In this document: piece by piece, positions 30,801 to 39,083 of the stretch | Position numbering within the stretch: position 1 is the stretch's first letter | Layout of the letters: each line of letters opens with the position of its first letter | DNA from: a virus | Length of the DNA: 64,000 nt | IMG/VR virus record: IMGVR_UViG_3300036398_000516 | Span: 3,387 to 67,386 of that record | Strand: one strand, 5' to 3' | The notes under the pieces: model-generated | Databases searched by the model: none | The model's input: the letters and a program-made list of their open reading frames with translations, nothing else | Told to the model about the DNA's origin: nothing | Made by a program: the position numbers and the translations under genes

Positions 30801-32712
30801 TAGCAACAGCAGTAACTTCTCCTGTATAACAATCAGTTATTTGCATTGTACCAACTGTGGCAACTACAACTTTAAATGTTTGACATTGAGCGTTATAAGC
30901 ATTATTATCTTTTAATAAAAATGGATCAGTCTTAATGTCATTATAAGGATAGTTAGGATAGTAATATTGTGTACCTTCTCTTTCATAAGTACCAACATTT
31001 CTTAACATACCTTTTGCTACAATAGATTTGTTTGTAGCCCTATCACCTCTTACAATTTTATATGCAACTATATCAGCTTTTTGATCAGCTGTTAGATTAG
31101 AGTTATCAATTAACGATATTACCTGTTGTGTATTTATTTTAACACCAATAGGATATAAAGCATTTGCTTTTTGAAGTTCTGGAAAATTATAGTTTGGAGC
31201 TTGTGACTCAAACATTGGACTAACTAGAATATCAGGAAATTTATGATGACGAATCTTTTGTCCAGCTAAATCTCCATATACAAAAGTGTTACATGGATAT
31301 TCCTCATTAGATTCCCAATACGCAAAATCACCAAATTTATATGGTGTAGCATTTCCAATATTAGGTCCTAAAGCATCTCCAACTACAGTTGCAGTGTTGT
31401 ATATTTTCCAATAAGGAGCAGTTGTTCCTGTACCAATAAAATCAGCATTTGTAGATTTATTAACAATTACTAAATCATCAGCTGTAGCAGCCCTACCAGG
31501 AATATGAAAACCATCTGTTTGCTTACCATTTCTCAATAAGAAAACAATTTCAAATGCATATATTTCATCACGTAGATATCCACGTAAATTAGTAGCATTT
31601 AGTTCATCAGCGTAAGTTTCTCCAGCTGGAATTTTGTAAGTTTGCCATTGAAGATCAATTTTACTAGCAATACTTTGATAATTAATTTTATCAATAGATG
31701 TAAGTTGATCCCATACAAGAATATCTTGTACAGCTGTTAAATCTTGTGCAATCTCATAGTACGGAAACTTTTCAAATATATCAGCAATTGCTAAACTGAT
31801 AGCTGTTACATCTTGTCCTGTATAAGTAATTTGATTTGTAGCACCATCAATAAAATATGTACCTACTAATTGAACAGAGGTGATATCATTTATTGTTTTA
31901 ATTACAGCTAGATTGTAATATTCAAAGTATCCTGTTAAATCAATATTGCTTATATCAACTACAATAGATCTACCTACAGCGTAATCAAAGTTAGCTGTGG
32001 TTAATTTTGGATTAGCAATAGGAGTTGGATTAGTTACTGAATAGTAAGACGTATAAGCATCTCCTTGTGCACTACAATATTGAATAGCAAATTGATATGT
32101 ACCAGCTTTTAAATCTCCACCATTAATAACATCAACAACTTCTAAATCTGGAATACTAAAATTAGGTTGTATCTTTAATTTATTACAATCAAGTATTGGT
32201 GTTACAATAGGATCACAAATAACACCATCTGGAAAAGTTGTAATATATGGAATGTTATCAAGATCTAAATATCTTCTAGGGTTTAATCCATCTGTCCAAT
32301 AAATCTCTGTACTACAGTTTGAAATCTTGTGTACAGCTTTTTGTATTGGATAGTTAATATTAAAGTTTAAACAAAGTCCTTCTACGTACATGTGATAGAT
32401 ACAATCGTTGTTATCCATGTATCCAATCTGAGAAGCCCCAGTTTCAGGATTGGTTAAAAAGAATATATGTTGATTCTTCTCTTGAATAAAATGTGTTCCA
32501 ATAAGAAGAAAGTTCTCAGGAAAGTTTAGACATACCTCATTACCTGGTTCATTTTGGTAGTTTACAGCAGTGGCACTAAAATTCTCAACAGATGCATTTA
32601 AGGCATACGTAAGCTTACCCTTCTCAACTTGGTTTACAGATGAGTCCATGTTTAGTCCAGTTCTACCTAGACTAAATTCCTGTCTAATATTTCCTTGTTC
32701 TTGCTCTGCCAT
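27820..32712 (-). CDS. Large tail protein (1630 aa), tail-fiber/tailspike or muzzle-like
   Basis: Long ORF with poly-Thr/Ser linkers (TTTTTSTSSTTTSTTTTEPP, STSTTFIY). It lies between the fiber paralogs and the small structural genes. No enzymatic motif recognised. Confidence 0.5.
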   Translation of the reverse strand: MAEQEQGNIRQEFSLGRTGLNMDSSVNQVEKGKLTYALNASVENFSATAVNYQNEPGNEVCLNFPENFLLIGTHFIQEKNQHIFFLTNPETGASQIGYMDNNDCIYHMYVEGLCLNFNINYPIQKAVHKISNCSTEIYWTDGLNPRRYLDLDNIPYITTFPDGVICDPIVTPILDCNKLKIQPNFSIPDLEVVDVINGGDLKAGTYQFAIQYCSAQGDAYTSYYSVTNPTPIANPKLTTANFDYAVGRSIVVDISNIDLTGYFEYYNLAVIKTINDITSVQLVGTYFIDGATNQITYTGQDVTAISLAIADIFEKFPYYEIAQDLTAVQDILVWDQLTSIDKINYQSIASKIDLQWQTYKIPAGETYADELNATNLRGYLRDEIYAFEIVFLLRNGKQTDGFHIPGRAATADDLVIVNKSTNADFIGTGTTAPYWKIYNTATVVGDALGPNIGNATPYKFGDFAYWESNEEYPCNTFVYGDLAGQKIRHHKFPDILVSPMFESQAPNYNFPELQKANALYPIGVKINTQQVISLIDNSNLTADQKADIVAYKIVRGDRATNKSIVAKGMLRNVGTYEREGTQYYYPNYPYNDIKTDPFLLKDNNAYNAQCQTFKVVVATVGTMQITDCYTGEVTAVAMPLGMTSICSITVPLVVTGSATFTNVTAVSYTLTSYLSIPSTSTTFIYTDPVTLVSVNVTVPVNTSITVSSTTVPSRVSGSPRYTILETTNNKNTNCYPVNLSGFDNSSKYRMVFNSPETSFGQPYLGNVLKLESAMFGGGRAHFVQVKNHALYKLITKQAQVDALTSSYNIANITAPFNATAMFTAYQAYLTIYINGISRRNFTYSFNSTAQYDYNADVQNAAPDAFGNIGVKQRELDLYQYLIPGFQSVGDVYNVNNFQRESSVYLKTLDAITPLPFAEQTPSLVVAGNSLITDDSRFTISSRDNCASPEMQEPIKVVSYYGSIKNININQWGQLYSYQTIDTGFQKHLSDVAGVDTVFGGDTFIGRFAYKTKLPFFIDNRVGAPDDSDIFYDELGNVAYPQYWYSARSILSNYKAGATLMKNIISIKAHYLDCPNDYTFISNTTTTTSTTAAPGSTSLSDTTYSYDGKMYLFAYGIPYYYVESSINVDLRQAFNNLEGDYYPHVSSGIPDNWLQQSVVPIQFDNTYTYNVTYSKQNKENFFSHLPVDFDDDQCYTSFPFRAVYSEAQADNPSVRVNSWLNYKPVAFFDFPQNYGKLTSLDGIQNKAVLARFENKSLLYNTLLTMNTSNPQAAYLGNPSLFRSAPPIDFAETDLGYVGSQNKFLLKIPNGQVTIDAKRGQVFLINGMGGQIQDLSAFGSGLNKFFTDHLAFEILRYYPNADTDNHFNACGLHGVYDSKYDRIIISKLDYIPQPAYASVIKYDELTGEYYIDKAYGDLSLRKVVSLTDRQYFCNKSWTLSYSVNIQSWVSFHSYIPNYYIAENNFFYSGLNEGCDLEAIAVMEIPSPTTTTTTTVILNCNLGGTAEYVIPVTTTTTSTSSTTTSTTTTEPPSANCTLTAGSVQESYFLYSEDRFHFSNSVLGTCIAVASPAYYQPGTLLFDPVVKLFQDPEGLVPFPYTYVTDTLFSSLPTPIYNYSSTTGVVGSYVSSCLN

Positions 32713-32717
32713 AATTA

Positions 32718-33686
32718 TTAATTATTTCTTCTCCTGCCGTATCTGTTAGTTCTGTTAGGTAACTCATACATTTGGAATCTGTTCAAGTCATTTTTAATTC
32801 TTCTTTGCTTCTCCCAAGGAGTTTGTTTCTTGATTTCAATATCAGCCATGATAAACGCTTCATCATGTAACTGTTTGTAATAAGCTAGCTTTTGTTGTAT
32901 TTGTTGGAAGGTCTCATCATTAATTTGATTTGAAAGAGTTTCAAACACTTTATATTTAATGAATGCTTCTACAAATTCTCTAATACGATAGTTATCAGGA
33001 ATTAATTGATTACCTATATTATCATACTCTGTAGCATAAAATAATAGATGTACTACACCATTTCTGAAGTTAGTAACAAATTTATTATCTCTAATGTCAA
33101 ATGAATCATAACCAGCAGAACCAGGGGTGAACTCATGTACTGTTGGAGGTGGAGCATAAAACTCCCAAGCATTGCTGTATTCAACCTCACAGTTGTTTCT
33201 TGCAGAAATGTTACCTGGTTTTAATAAATATTCTTGTCTATAAGATCTAGCTATTGCATTGTTTGTTTTGTATACAGCTTGTATAAGCTCAGGCATACAT
33301 GTAGGACAACCTGTTGTACAGTTAGGTTCTACGCAAGGAACTCCACCACTAGTGATAGGTGCTATTTGAATAGTTGTTTGAGATGCAGCTTGTGAGTAGA
33401 ATGAGTTAGCTGATTGATAAGGATAACCTGGAATCTCAGTACACATCCAAGCTTCTCTAGCAGCATAAAAGTTATCAGGAAGCCTAGCTTCAAAGTCCTC
33501 AATATAAAGAACTTGCTCAGCAATAGCATAAGTTGTCCTACCTAACTTGTTTAAACACTTGTTTAAATAAGTAGGGAAAAGCAAATCATCCACAGCTCCT
33601 GTGTCAAAATAGCTTTTTAATTCTTCTTTAACAGTTGCATAAACTGGTTCAGGAGATACAAATCTGTACTTATAATAGTATGACAT
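32718..33686 (-). CDS. Hypothetical structural protein (322 aa)
   Basis: ORF in the late operon with tight spacing. No recognisable motifs. Confidence 0.45.
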   Translation of the reverse strand: MSYYYKYRFVSPEPVYATVKEELKSYFDTGAVDDLLFPTYLNKCLNKLGRTTYAIAEQVLYIEDFEARLPDNFYAAREAWMCTEIPGYPYQSANSFYSQAASQTTIQIAPITSGGVPCVEPNCTTGCPTCMPELIQAVYKTNNAIARSYRQEYLLKPGNISARNNCEVEYSNAWEFYAPPPTVHEFTPGSAGYDSFDIRDNKFVTNFRNGVVHLLFYATEYDNIGNQLIPDNYRIREFVEAFIKYKVFETLSNQINDETFQQIQQKLAYYKQLHDEAFIMADIEIKKQTPWEKQRRIKNDLNRFQMYELPNRTNRYGRRRNN

Positions 33687-33689
33687 AAT

Positions 33690-34166
33690 TTATTTTTTCC
33701 ACTCACGATAGATGTGTTGATACGTATCGTTTGTTTTTATATAATGTGAGAGCAATCTTGATGTAACTCTTGAAGGTTTAAAATACCACAAGTCTATGTT
33801 TCTTAGTCTGGCAGTTTCTTTAAACCATACCCAGCCAAAAAAGTAACCCTCTGTGTGATAATTAAAGTTGTATATAATTTTTCCCTTCTCTTTAGACTTT
33901 TGCCAGTCTACTGGTAAGTTAATGTACTCCTTACCATTGATATCCTTAACCTTCTTTCTTTTCTTTTTATTGATTGAGAACTCACCAAACCCAAAAGGTA
34001 GCTTTGCTTTTTCTCCAGTTTCTAGTATATAACTTTTAAAATTCTCATTATAAGAATATAAAATGTTTCTCCACTCATCAAATGTAATTTTAATTGTGGG
34101 ATGCTTCTTGCAAAAGTTATTGTAGTTTTCTTTACTGGAGCTTCTCCAATCAATTTTTATCCTCAT
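33690..34166 (-). CDS. Hypothetical protein (158 aa), Lys-rich
   Basis: ORF in the late operon. Its stop overlaps the start of the upstream gene at 34166. Confidence 0.45.
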   Translation of the reverse strand: MRIKIDWRSSSKENYNNFCKKHPTIKITFDEWRNILYSYNENFKSYILETGEKAKLPFGFGEFSINKKKRKKVKDINGKEYINLPVDWQKSKEKGKIIYNFNYHTEGYFFGWVWFKETARLRNIDLWYFKPSRVTSRLLSHYIKTNDTYQHIYREWKK

Positions 34167-34900
34167 TACTGGGTTGGTTGTGCATTAGGAGCTTGCCCAT
34201 CAACACCGTTATCTGCCATATCTGTTTTAATACTAAAATATGTAGATAATAATTTTTGAGACGTAAGCTCTAATACTTGTTTCTCAAGATATCCTGGACA
34301 ACCATATTCTTTATCCAAAGGATTTTTACAGTATTCTTCATCAGTAACCTCAGGACCAGTACCACAACCACATTCTGGATACGCAATATCATTAGGAATA
34401 TCTTCTTCAAAGAATGCTGATATCCTAACTGATTTTAAATTTGGATTACTCAAATATAAGTAACCTTCATTTGCTATCCAATAGTATGTTTGTTTTTTAA
34501 TAATAGGAAGTCCCAGTAAGTTTAAATATCTATTGATTGTAATCTCTTTAAACTTTGTACCCATTCCTCCCATAGCGTTTATAGAATAAACACCTTGTAT
34601 CAAATATTGATAATTTCCTTCTGTAATTCTAGGAAGTTTATATTTACTTCTAGAAACAGTACATGGATCTACGTAATTACAACAGTCAGAAATAGGAACT
34701 TCTACCATTTCCAAACATTGGATGGTATTAAAGACAGTATCAGTAGCCCAAAGCTTTCTGAGATTTGTCTCACGTTTAACTAATAACTGTGTGTTGTTTC
34801 TAATCTCTGATGCAATAACCCTATCTGTGATAACGTTATCTGTGGATATAAGCTTATGCATTCCACGCACATCTGAAACTAACTTACGTAATGTTGCCAT
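34166..34900 (-). CDS. Hypothetical structural protein (244 aa), Cys-containing
   Basis: ORF that overlaps the neighbouring gene by 1 nt at each end (coupled translation). Confidence 0.45.
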   Translation of the reverse strand: MATLRKLVSDVRGMHKLISTDNVITDRVIASEIRNNTQLLVKRETNLRKLWATDTVFNTIQCLEMVEVPISDCCNYVDPCTVSRSKYKLPRITEGNYQYLIQGVYSINAMGGMGTKFKEITINRYLNLLGLPIIKKQTYYWIANEGYLYLSNPNLKSVRISAFFEEDIPNDIAYPECGCGTGPEVTDEEYCKNPLDKEYGCPGYLEKQVLELTSQKLLSTYFSIKTDMADNGVDGQAPNAQPTQ

Positions 34901-36141
34901 TATAAATACTGTTTAAATATATTTGTCATTCCTGACCCTTGTTCTATTAAGAATCCAGTCACTTCTGCTTTAGACATTGTGTGACCGTTCTTATCATCCC
35001 AAAGGCTTTTAGCATTAGAAAATGCTGGTATTTGGTAAAATTTAATACCATTAAAGTCGTGACTTACTTCATGGTGTTTGTCTCCTGTGAATATGTAGAA
35101 GTTGTTATGGAAAGACCATCCTTCTCTAAATTCTATTGGGAATAGTGCTGCTAACTTAGCAGGTTTGATTGCATCTCCATGGTTAAACATCATTGCTGAA
35201 TTACCATAGCTTATATACTTTCTATACTTAGGAGAACAGTCAAAAGTTAATCTATCTGTATTTCTAAAATAGGTTTGTAACCAATTAACCATGTGCCATC
35301 CTACAAACTCATCATGATTACCTGCTACGTACACAACATTCACATTTTCAGCATATTGTAATAACATTGTAATCATTAACACCTCATGCCCACAGATGTA
35401 TTCAAAAGATGTTTGATATGTATGAGTGTTTGTTTGAGGAGTACCTTTTGTAGTCATTCCTGTAAACTCACTGTTAAACTCATCAGAACCAATGATGTAT
35501 GTAATTTGCTCTAAGTTGTTGGAAAGCTGTGCTTGATTAGCAATCAACTCTACCTTGTACATGATGTTAGAAAGTCTATCAACTATATCATTGTTGCCAT
35601 CAATGTCATATTTGTTTAAGTGAGAGTCTTGTTTATTGATAACCAACATACCATTACTCTTACCGTTTACAAACTTAGGACTCATAATGTCCTGACTAAC
35701 AGGCTTATATGAAGCTAAAAAGTCCACAAAGCTATCTTGAAACACTTGCTCTGCAGACTTCTTTCCTAACCAGGCTTTTACTTGCCAGTGTGGACTATCT
35801 CCGTTTCCCCAATAGTTTTGTACGTATTTAGTTATCTCCCACTTATCTGTGTCTATCTTACACTTCTCAATAAGCTCATCAAGGCTTTTAATCTCTTCTG
35901 TAACGTTAGCTACAATCTCTCCAGTTCCTTTCACTAGGTCTTCTGTAAACTTAACTACAGTGTCCTCTAAATCAGATATATAGTTGCCAACTATGGCTTC
36001 ATCTTCTCTTTTTCTAATATCTGTTAACAACTCATCAATCTCTAATTCTGTCACTCCTAGCTTGTCAGCGTAATATTTCTTTGATTTTTTCCAGTGTAAC
36101 ATCTGCTGTAGCTGCTCCAAAAGGGGTTGGTTTCCAGACAT
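34900..36141 (-). CDS. Calcineurin-like metallophosphoesterase family protein (413 aa)
   Basis: Motif VVYVAGNHDEF (GNH[DE]), plus NHGD and GDKHHEVSH near the C-terminus, consistent with a metallophosphatase fold. The ATG at 36141 is preceded by a CAAATTTA box (reverse complement TAAATTTG). Confidence 0.45.
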   Translation of the reverse strand: MSGNQPLLEQLQQMLHWKKSKKYYADKLGVTELEIDELLTDIRKREDEAIVGNYISDLEDTVVKFTEDLVKGTGEIVANVTEEIKSLDELIEKCKIDTDKWEITKYVQNYWGNGDSPHWQVKAWLGKKSAEQVFQDSFVDFLASYKPVSQDIMSPKFVNGKSNGMLVINKQDSHLNKYDIDGNNDIVDRLSNIMYKVELIANQAQLSNNLEQITYIIGSDEFNSEFTGMTTKGTPQTNTHTYQTSFEYICGHEVLMITMLLQYAENVNVVYVAGNHDEFVGWHMVNWLQTYFRNTDRLTFDCSPKYRKYISYGNSAMMFNHGDAIKPAKLAALFPIEFREGWSFHNNFYIFTGDKHHEVSHDFNGIKFYQIPAFSNAKSLWDDKNGHTMSKAEVTGFLIEQGSGMTNIFKQYL

Positions 36142-36199
36142 ATAGGTTTTAAGTTTGGTTAAAATTAAAGTAAAGGTATGAAACTTTTTTGATATTTTC

Positions 36200-36207
36200 C
36201 AAATTTA
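36200..36207 (-). promoter_or_regulatory. Candidate -7 box (TAAATTTG on minus strand) upstream of the metallophosphoesterase gene
   Basis: Plus-strand caaattta has reverse complement TAAATTTG, matching TAnnTTTG. It lies ~55 nt upstream of the ATG at 36141. Confidence 0.3.
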
Positions 36208-36252
36208 GTTAACTAATTTAATTATATAGTTTAATCAATTTGATTAGAGTTC

Positions 36253-36316
36253 AAAAAAAAAACCCCCAGCCTAGAAAGGCCAGGGGATGCCCTGTAAACC
36301 AACAAACAGGGTTTTT
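36253..36316. terminator. Bidirectional terminator-like element between the fiber cluster and the metallophosphoesterase gene
   Basis: The element is an A10 run, an imperfect hairpin cccccagcc-tagaaa-ggccagggg, a second hairpin ccctg-N12-caggg, then ttttt. It is flanked by A-runs on one strand and T-runs on the other. Confidence 0.45.
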
Positions 36317-36322
36317 ACTATC

Positions 36323-36934
36323 TTATGAGCAATTGTTTAAAAATTGCCAGAATGATTGATGAGTTAATGATGTATCACTATAAGCTAACACCGTTGATCC
36401 TAACTTTAACTGTATTGTAAAATATACAGGAGTTGCTGATCCAGAAGGCTCGTAATACAATATCCTAGCTGTAGAAGGCTGTGTATCAGTTAAACTTACA
36501 CTAGCTGTAGATGCAGGGAAAGTTGTAACTAATTCTACGTATGATGCAGGAGGAGCGTTGTTTACAATTATATCATAAACTACAGCACAAGCAGCATTAT
36601 CATTACAGTTGTTATATTTACAAATTGGTTGTCCTAAGTAGATAGTTGGAACAATAGGAGCTTCTGTTGTAGAAGTACTTGTTGTAGAACTAGTAGTACT
36701 AGTTGTTGTAGCAGGAGCACCTGATACATCTAAATAAAGATCTCTTTGACAAGCTCCTGTAGATCTAACTAAAACTTCTGTAGTTCCATCAGGAACAGTT
36801 GCATTATAGCCAGCTACCAAAGACGCTCTAGATACACCAGAGATGATTATTGTTGAAAATCCATTTGAATTTGAGTAGATGTTAAATGGTCCTGTATCAG
36901 AACCAGCTGTTGTCAAAGTTATTAATACTGTCAT
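36323..36934 (-). CDS. Putative tail fiber / receptor-binding protein, paralog family member (203 aa)
   Basis: N-terminus MTVLITLTTAGSDTGPFNIYSNSNGF...GVSRASLVAGY...STGAC matches the family anchor domain. This is followed by a Thr/Ser linker and a unique C-terminal domain. Confidence 0.55.
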   Translation of the reverse strand: MTVLITLTTAGSDTGPFNIYSNSNGFSTIIISGVSRASLVAGYNATVPDGTTEVLVRSTGACQRDLYLDVSGAPATTTSTTSSTTSTSTTEAPIVPTIYLGQPICKYNNCNDNAACAVVYDIIVNNAPPASYVELVTTFPASTASVSLTDTQPSTARILYYEPSGSATPVYFTIQLKLGSTVLAYSDTSLTHQSFWQFLNNCS

Positions 36935-36948
36935 GTTGGTTTATTTAA

Positions 36949-38199
36949 TTAAGGTAATTTTGTCCAATTAGATCCACCATCTGTAGATCTCCAAAGTCCA
37001 GTTGTTTCTGAAGCAACTGCTACAGTTGCATTGTAAGAGATGGATACTCCAACCCATTCTTTAGAACTTCCCACTGCAGAAAGTGTACCAAATGAAACTG
37101 ATCTATATAAAGTGCTTGCACCAGTTGGAAGAGCTATAATATTTGTACCACTTCCATCTATAGCTACATCATACCATTTAGAAGAAACCCCACCAAACTC
37201 TACGAATGAATTTCCATAATTTGTACTTTGTAGTAATTGAATATTTGCAGGAGTGTATCCATAAACTCCAGCTTGATTAGCAACAACAACCTTTGACCCA
37301 TCAGCAGATGTGCTCACTGCCCAATATGTTTCGTTAACCCCACGTCCAAAGACATTAAGAGCTGGGGTTAAAGGAGTTGTTCCTTTTCCTACACAAGCAT
37401 CAAGTCCACCTAAATAAAAATTAGGACTAACAGCATATTGACGATCACCTGAACTACTTATTGCAACATCAGTTGCTGCTTGTTCGCCAATAGTAGTAGC
37501 AAATGATACTCTTGTAAAAGACACTCCGTAATCTGAAGATCTCCAAACCTGAGCTATACCAAATTGCCCACTAGTTGCTTCACTTAAATTCATTGCTGCA
37601 ATTAATACATATTGCCCTGTTCTATTTGTAGTAATTGAATAGAATGAATTAGTTACACCACCTGTAGCATTCCAATTAACACCATAGTCTGTAGATCTTG
37701 AAATAACAGCTGCTTGTCCTTGTGGTTGTGTAAGACAATACATGTATTGACCCGTTCCACTTACAGCAACTCTTTGAAGTGTATTTGTCCCAGCAACAGT
37801 AACTGATCTATAGGTAAGTCCATAGTCATTAGAAATATATAATTTATTATTTGATCCACATACCACTGCAACATATTTTCCATCATTTGAGCTAGTAACG
37901 TCATCTCTGCTTACAGAAATATTGCTAAATCTAAGATTGTTAGTTGGATTAATTGTAGTGGTTGTAGTTGTAGTGCTAGCACATGGAATAGCTTGTGATA
38001 TTACATTTGTACAAGCTCCAGTAGATGTTACTGTCACTTGACTAGCAGCGTTGTCTACATCAACAACTTTACCTGCAAGCAGTTCTGCTTTTGTAGCAGT
38101 TGATGGACTTACACTTCCAACATCTGCTGTTAAATTAAAGTTTGGTCCTAAGTTAGCACCTAACCCAGCACCTAATGTTAATGTTATATTTATTGCCAT
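36949..38199 (-). CDS. Putative receptor-binding protein with N-terminal family anchor domain and C-terminal BNR/Asp-box beta-propeller (416 aa)
   Basis: N-terminus MAINITLTLGAGLGANLGPNFN...STGAC, then a TTTTTTTINPT linker. Repeated S-x-D-x-G-x-[ST]-[WFY] motifs follow: SNDYGLTY, STDYGVNW, SSDYGVSF, STNYGNSF, STDGGSNW. These are typical of BNR/sialidase-like propellers. Confidence 0.6.
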   Translation of the reverse strand: MAINITLTLGAGLGANLGPNFNLTADVGSVSPSTATKAELLAGKVVDVDNAASQVTVTSTGACTNVISQAIPCASTTTTTTTINPTNNLRFSNISVSRDDVTSSNDGKYVAVVCGSNNKLYISNDYGLTYRSVTVAGTNTLQRVAVSGTGQYMYCLTQPQGQAAVISRSTDYGVNWNATGGVTNSFYSITTNRTGQYVLIAAMNLSEATSGQFGIAQVWRSSDYGVSFTRVSFATTIGEQAATDVAISSSGDRQYAVSPNFYLGGLDACVGKGTTPLTPALNVFGRGVNETYWAVSTSADGSKVVVANQAGVYGYTPANIQLLQSTNYGNSFVEFGGVSSKWYDVAIDGSGTNIIALPTGASTLYRSVSFGTLSAVGSSKEWVGVSISYNATVAVASETTGLWRSTDGGSNWTKLP

Positions 38200-38213
38200 T
38201 TTCTTTTATTTAA

Positions 38214-39083
38214 TTAGAGACAAGCAGTCTCGCATGTTGCAAATGTTCTTAAACTCAATGTGTTTCCAACATCTCCAGGTTGAACTGTATATACTATTGT
38301 TGTTAATATTGTAGAACCATCCCCACACGATGCATCTGCTATAATGTCAAATGTGTATGCGTTTGCTTTTGTTGCAACACTATCACAACCACTTGTAAAT
38401 ACTTCAACGTATATTTGATCACCAACATAAACAGTATAATTACCAGTAGCTGTATTACTTCTACTTTCTACAACTGAACCATTTACATATAATTCCATAC
38501 TTCCAACCGCACCTGATGTAACATCACGTGTGAAACTCCAATTTAATGTTGCTGATGAAGTTGTGTTACAAACTACAGTGAGTCCATCATAATTACATTG
38601 AGGTAAAGTGGTTGTACTAGTTGTAGTACATGGATAGTTTGAATAACAGCATACTCCATAAGCTATCTCAGATACACGAGCGGCAACAACTGAACCTCTT
38701 AATATACCACAACCTGCTATAGGTCCTGAATCTCCTGAAATAAATGTACAACCAGTAAAAACTGCAGTTTGACCGTAAGGAAGATAAAAATAATATGTAT
38801 TTCCAGAACAATCCTCGTATGATATAGTTTGACTAAATCCAAATGCTAAATTATTTTCTACTCCAACACTTGCTACACAAGGACATGGATAGTCTTGATA
38901 TTTAGGAGCTCTTGTATTAGGATAGGTAGACCAAGGACTAACTGAACCATCTATATAATAATTAGCATCAGCTTCCCCTTTGCTCATGATGCTGCCATCA
39001 AGAGGAGGAGTTGTCCCAGGTTTTTGTCTATATCCCATTGTAGCAAGATCTGCTCCTGTTACTAAAAAATTATTAACTTTCAT
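38214..39083 (-). CDS. Cys-rich putative tail fiber/adhesin protein (289 aa)
   Basis: ORF with many Cys and a TTTSTTT linker. Its N-terminus FLVTGADLATMGY resembles the LTGAG.DTG family motif only weakly. It sits between fiber genes. Confidence 0.45.
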   Translation of the reverse strand: MKVNNFLVTGADLATMGYRQKPGTTPPLDGSIMSKGEADANYYIDGSVSPWSTYPNTRAPKYQDYPCPCVASVGVENNLAFGFSQTISYEDCSGNTYYFYLPYGQTAVFTGCTFISGDSGPIAGCGILRGSVVAARVSEIAYGVCCYSNYPCTTTSTTTLPQCNYDGLTVVCNTTSSATLNWSFTRDVTSGAVGSMELYVNGSVVESRSNTATGNYTVYVGDQIYVEVFTSGCDSVATKANAYTFDIIADASCGDGSTILTTIVYTVQPGDVGNTLSLRTFATCETACL

